Source: a virus
DNA: 64,000 nt
IMG/VR virus record: IMGVR_UViG_3300037493_005685
Coordinates: 1 to 64,000 of that record
Strand: one strand, 5' to 3'
The position numbers were made by a program, and so were the translations under genes. This document shows positions 59,342 through 64,000 of the stretch, piece by piece (within the stretch, counting starts at the first letter, position 1; every line of letters starts with the position of its first letter). Under the pieces are notes generated by a model, which did no database searches, had not been told where the DNA came from, and was given only the letters and a program-made list of their open reading frames with translations.

Positions 59342-60453
59342 CTCTTAACCTTCTTCACGACCTTTACGTCGTAACCGAGGCTGAGCTCCTCTATCTCGAT
59401 AGGAGCTGTTGATGCTAGACGGAACATTTTGCACGCAGACATGTTGTGTGTCCCCAAGATACGCAGAGCGTCTTCCTGTGACCTAAACTCTTGCATATAC
59501 GTAGTTGTCCATGAGCCACAGCTGCGCCCCTCAACGACAAGGAAGCGCTCGTGGATGGGGGTTTCGGTGACAACCTCTCCTAGTGGCTTTATGTATGTAA
59601 GCTTCCCATTCACTAGAATAAAGGAGACGCGGCAACTGGTACAGCGCCGTGGGGCGTCGGGGAAATTTCTGATTTTGTTCGACTCCTCAGTAGAGAATTT
59701 GAGATGACAACCAGGGCACTCAAGACGATTATCCTCTTTCATGTCGCGCACGCACGTCTCACACAGGTAAAACTCCTTACCTGGAACGCGGTAGCGATGT
59801 CCCTGCTGGGATTTAAAGCACACGCCACACGTGAATTTTGCGGGTTCAACCCTGGCAAAGGACATCACGGTGGGCCTGTCTTTCTTCAGGCTCTCTAGGC
59901 ACCGATAACACACAAAGCCCTCTATGCCAGGGACTTTGTACGCGGTGACGTGGTCGCTCTCGCCACACTCAGAGCACGTGAAGTTGGCTGGCGCAGGCTT
60001 CTCCTCCTTCTTCCTGCAGCTAAAACACACCGGCTCAGCCCCACCCTTAACAGCCAGGGTGGTTTTGAACTTGCGGCCGCAGTTGACGCAGACCACGCGT
60101 TTGGGTACCTCGGCAACTGGTGACTTCGGCTGCCCTACCTGCAGCTCGTGGCAGCGGGGAATCTTGAGGCTTTCATAGAAGCGACAGCCCTTTACAAAGC
60201 TAGCTTCCCCTACGTTCATTTTCGTCTTTGCACATGTCTTACCTGACTTAGCCTTGGGTAAGAAGTGCAGGCACTTACCACACTCGTGTGCCACTTTCTT
60301 TTCCTTCCTTTTGCGCGCATAGAACATGCACGCATCCGAAGTCGGCATGGTGTTGTACCCAGGTGGCCTGGTGCACCTACCATCTCCTCCAGCTCCGGGT
60401 GTTGTTTGTTTGTGGGATTCGAAGAAGGTGCAGGAGCTGCAGCGTGCTGTCAT
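59338..60453 (-). CDS. Poly-zinc-finger (multi-CxxC) protein
   Basis: About ten CxxC motifs in six modules. Confidence 0.75.
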   Translation of the reverse strand: MTARCSSCTFFESHKQTTPGAGGDGRCTRPPGYNTMPTSDACMFYARKRKEKKVAHECGKCLHFLPKAKSGKTCAKTKMNVGEASFVKGCRFYESLKIPRCHELQVGQPKSPVAEVPKRVVCVNCGRKFKTTLAVKGGAEPVCFSCRKKEEKPAPANFTCSECGESDHVTAYKVPGIEGFVCYRCLESLKKDRPTVMSFARVEPAKFTCGVCFKSQQGHRYRVPGKEFYLCETCVRDMKEDNRLECPGCHLKFSTEESNKIRNFPDAPRRCTSCRVSFILVNGKLTYIKPLGEVVTETPIHERFLVVEGRSCGSWTTTYMQEFRSQEDALRILGTHNMSACKMFRLASTAPIEIEELSLGYDVKVVKKVKR

Positions 60454-61040
60454 GGCTTCTCCGCTGGCTTCTTAACCCCAGTGTTAATAACCCGGCACTT
60501 CCATTCTCCAAACGAGAACGGCCGAATGCACTCGGATGTCTCACCCGTCACAGGGTTGGAGATGAGCTTGACGTCCTTGTCCTGTGTCATGGCGAAGGCG
60601 ATGTCGTCGTTGGCGCAGCCCTTAAAGCTCATGAACACGCCTCCTATCACTACCGCCGCAATTGCTACGATGATCATGAGCTCGATGAGGGTGAAACCTC
60701 TCTCACCTTCCACACAGCGCTGTACTTCCGCCTGCCTCTTTCCCTTCTCAGTCAATTTCCACACCGTTATCTCCACGCCGTGGGACCCCTTCCTTGACCC
60801 GCACTCACAAATCAAACCTTGGTCTATGAGTTCTGCCACGCGTGGTCGGATAGAGTGTTCCTGTATGCGCGGATTATCGTTGTACAGGTCTTCATTCGTC
60901 GCGCCTTTATCTCCTGCGCGGACGAACGTGTTAAACGCAATTTGCCTTAACCTCGGCCGGTGGGTCTGTATTGCCGCTGCCCCCGAGTGGCTAGCGGTGT
61001 TGTCTGTATTTCTCACTGGAACTTTTGTTTCGTCTCTCAT
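60450..61040 (-). CDS. Winged-HTH fused to a type IV prepilin-like segment
   Basis: GATNEDL...SIRPRVAELIDQGLI...VWKLT, then ERG-FTLIELMIIVAIAAVVIGGV. Confidence 0.75.
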   Translation of the reverse strand: MRDETKVPVRNTDNTASHSGAAAIQTHRPRLRQIAFNTFVRAGDKGATNEDLYNDNPRIQEHSIRPRVAELIDQGLICECGSRKGSHGVEITVWKLTEKGKRQAEVQRCVEGERGFTLIELMIIVAIAAVVIGGVFMSFKGCANDDIAFAMTQDKDVKLISNPVTGETSECIRPFSFGEWKCRVINTGVKKPAEKP

Positions 61041-61790
61041 GTTGCCTCCTCCACATCGTTTTCGATGTTCTGCACGCTCTCATTGAAGCGCTTTACTGCC
61101 TCGTCAGCATCCTCTTCATCGACATCAATGTATCTGGCGCTGAGCAGCTGCGAGGATGCCTTGCGGTATCCCCGTAGCGCGTTAATAACTTGTACGACCG
61201 CGAAGCGATTACCCGTCAGGGCACGGCGCTCGAGGTCCTGGAGGGGTGTACGTTCTTCAGGCATTCTTTACTCCTTGCAGTCAGCGGCGACCTCGCGCCA
61301 ATTGTGGATGTCGTCTCTTTCGTCAGTAAGCACCTCTAGGTGCCTGCTTACTTCCTCCATATGTGACCCGTTTACACTCTCGTCCTTTATGCGCTTCCAG
61401 ATGATGTGACACCGGGAGTTCACCACGCCCTCGTAGTGGCTGTCGTTGAACTGCACCACAAACCACGTGTACACCGTAATGGCGGCGGCTAGAGCGCACA
61501 GCCAACCAATAATGACGACGGGGGAGAGTGACGGGCGGACGTAGAGAGGGAGGAACACCTTCTCGTCTTCTGTCATGGCTTTTCTTTCTTCCTTATGAGT
61601 TTTTCGAGACGCGCAATCTCCATTTTTATTAGGCGAGCTCGATTAAGATATCCGGTTTGAGATAGTTTCAAAGAATCGATGTCTCGTTGTACCCGGTTAA
61701 CCTCTCCCTCAGCCACGGCTAAACGCCTTCTCTCAGCGATTAGGGCGCGCTCGGGGTCCTCGTCGTTGGAGTGTACTTTGGGCTCCTTCA

Positions 61791-62177
61791 TTACTTCTCC
61801 TTCGCCATCGCCGAAAGCTCGTTTACACCCTTCACGCACTTGTTGGCGAGCTCTACGTAAATGGCACACCTAATCCCGCATGCTTCCTGTACCCAGTTGT
61901 TTTGCTTCTCTTCGCACTCCTTGAGGCGCTTATCCCAAACGCCCCTGGAGACCTTAGAGAGGACTAAGCAGTCTTGCTTATCCCGCGTCTGCGTCTTTAC
62001 TAGCGCGTTCAGGCTGTCGTTGCTCTTTTGCATCTCGGCTACGCGCGCCTGCAGTGCGATGTTCTCTTCTTTAATGCGTCCGTAGTCAGCATTCTTAGCT
62101 AGCATCAAGATTCCTATTACTAATAACGTAACAATCTCGACGGTGAGAAGTGCCACCATTGGTGTGGTCTTGTTCAC
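61791..62177 (-). CDS. N-terminal TM plus coiled-coil protein
   Basis: Hydrophobic N-terminus, heptads, Cys. Confidence 0.55.
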   Translation of the reverse strand: MNKTTPMVALLTVEIVTLLVIGILMLAKNADYGRIKEENIALQARVAEMQKSNDSLNALVKTQTRDKQDCLVLSKVSRGVWDKRLKECEEKQNNWVQEACGIRCAIYVELANKCVKGVNELSAMAKEK

Positions 62178-62618
62178 GGATTCTCCTTTGCTCTATGCAG
62201 CAGCATCGCCCGCATGGCTTGCCACTCGTAGTTTCTATAGCCGCTGTCCACGTAGATGCGCGTCTCATTCATCCTGTGGCTATTGGCTGTGATATAGGCT
62301 TCTGCTGCGGCCTCAGTGAAGAACGGCTGAACGAACTCCCACTGGTCCACGTAGCCGGTGCGGTGGTACTTCGAGGGGACCGTAAAGGTTTCCTGATACA
62401 TCTCCTCGAGCCGGGCGCGCTCCTCGGCCTCTACTTCCTGGCAGTCATTCTCCTCATCCAACCAGACGACCTCGCTGTCGTCCACGATGTCGGGGGTCCA
62501 CGCCGTATAAGCGCTTTTTCTGCTGAACCAGATAAATGGGCTCAGCGGTGCAGCGGTTGTCCTGGCCCACTATGTCTTTGGCGGACTGGGCGAGGACTTC
62601 TCTGTAGTCGGTTATCAC
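62174..62618 (-). pseudogene. Ead/Ea22-C-terminal-like gene split by one extra base (or a +1 frameshift)
   Basis: QDNRCTAEPIYLVQQK in one frame; VVWLDE...FFTE..A..YI.AN.H....IYV.SGYRN in the +1 frame; junction GAC CCC CGA. Confidence 0.6.
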
Positions 62619-63205
62619 TTGAGCTCCTTTAGGTTGTACGTCTCCACCCCCGCGTCTTCCTTGGTGCGGTACTGCATGGACCACCTCGAACCGAAGCGGT
62701 TAAACATCTCTTCACGGGCCGCATCAAAGGTCCCGTGGATTACGCAGTAACGTCCTGCGTACGCCTGGCCGCACCCGAAGGTGAATATCCAGTCCTGGGC
62801 TTCTTCTGTTTCGGGTACGAGCTCGACCTGTGTGTTACTTGACATTCATGTCTCCTATTTCGGTTGTGGTCTTTCCGTACTTACGGATGAGACCGTCTGT
62901 TGTGGCAATTTCGATACGTAGCTTCAGCTCAAGCTCTTGTACCTTATACGCCATGCGTTTGTGCTCGGCCTTACGCGAGACCCTAGCAGCCCAAGCCAGC
63001 ATCTCGTGCGTCGCGTTTTCTTGGGTGCTTGTGCGGCCACGCATGTTGGCGAATGCCCGCTGGCACCGCTTGCACATTAGGGGCTGTTCTACCTTTCCTT
63101 TGATGTCGTACTCCTTGAGTATCCAGTGGTCCCACACGGGCATGAACCCTGCGGCATCTTTGCAGATGCAGCACTTGTGACAATCTCTGAGGGGTTTATC
63201 TGTGT

Positions 63206-63520
63206 TCATTTTGTTTCTTCCCACACCCAATCACCTTGTCGCGCTATGTTCCTGGCGTACCTGTGTTTAGTGGGATATTTAACATATTCAAGTCTGTACG
63301 TGCCCCGTGCGCAGCTCCACCTCTCCCATACAACACACACGACGTCGTCTTCGTGACACACCTTTTCTGGCTTAACGCGAACGTCCGCTGCAACAAAACC
63401 TCCAGCAGCGTTCATCGTGACTGTAATACTTTTTGTGTTTATCTTTTTTACGGTCCCACGCTCTAGGTTGTAGTCACGTAGCATGCAAACTCTGTCTCCT
63501 ATTTGAAGCTGTTTCTTCAT
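63206..63520 (-). CDS. SH3/KOW-like small protein
   Basis: LQIGDRV...GTVKKINTKSITV. Confidence 0.55.
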   Translation of the reverse strand: MKKQLQIGDRVCMLRDYNLERGTVKKINTKSITVTMNAAGGFVAADVRVKPEKVCHEDDVVCVVWERWSCARGTYRLEYVKYPTKHRYARNIARQGDWVWEETK

Positions 63521-64000
63521 CTCTTCACCTTCAAGATGTTATTGACGTCCTCCACCGACATCGACTCATCCGGTGGAATACTGAGCTGGCACTCCCGCAG
63601 CCAGTCGTACACCTGACAGAATTCAGCGTAGAGGTCTGTGTTTCGTCTCTCGAGCTCATTGACCCTCTCCTGCAGCAGCCCGGCCTCAGCGCGTGTCTCG
63701 TTGATTCGATAGAGCATGAGGGCGTAAATGCCGAGCAGCGCGGCCCAGCAGACGACCATCCATGCCCAGCTGATAATGCGTTCTTTGCGGGTTCTCATCC
63801 CAGCTCCTTCGCGCGGTTAGCAATATCTAGGTGCGTGTCCTCACGGTATAGACGCTTTGCTGTGGCTCGGGCTTCCCATCCTTGCTCATTTGCGCGCATC
63901 ATGAATACGCGTTTCCACTTAGGTGCGTATAAAAAGCACCACTCCCAAGGGTGGTATTCTCTCGGTTGGTAAAGCGTGAAGTGTGCGCACTTATCCAACT

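Noticed and set aside
62741-62761. TACGCAGTAA...CTGCGTA resembling the array hairpin
   Set aside because: It lies inside a coding region, has a different loop, and lacks the closing stem and other boxes; probably chance.

Overview
This window is a 64-kb segment of a large tailed (probably jumbo) bacteriophage genome. The DT-repeat lipoprotein and prepilin-type motif hint at a deltaproteobacterial or myxobacterial host (inference). Layout: (1) 1-13.5 kb, minus-strand virion module with tail-fibre and Gly-rich proteins, a probable tape-measure protein and a tail chaperone pair joined by a -1 frameshift. (2) 13.6-24.2 kb, DNA and nucleotide metabolism plus lysis: a degenerate family-4 UDG, DinG helicase, SLT transglycosylase, dNMP kinase, holin-like protein, ThyX and a DHH phosphoesterase. 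(3) Two dense arrays of microproteins. (4) A family of K-x-A/S-motif, glycine-zipper proteins, mostly behind leaderless TANANT-N6-ATG promoters. (5) A 1028-aa Myb-like protein beside a 2-kb non-coding region whose skew switches. (6) tRNA-Leu(UAA), a tmRNA and a tRNA-like RNA. The most striking unexplained element is a tandem array of three ~150-nt structured non-coding units at 19364-19826. Each unit has its own long closing stem, a covarying 7-bp/TAA hairpin and conserved single-stranded boxes. Other highlights are the KxA polyprotein-like family, a wHTH-prepilin fusion and a second promoter class, GGTAWAAG. All calls come from reading motifs by eye; no database searches were run.
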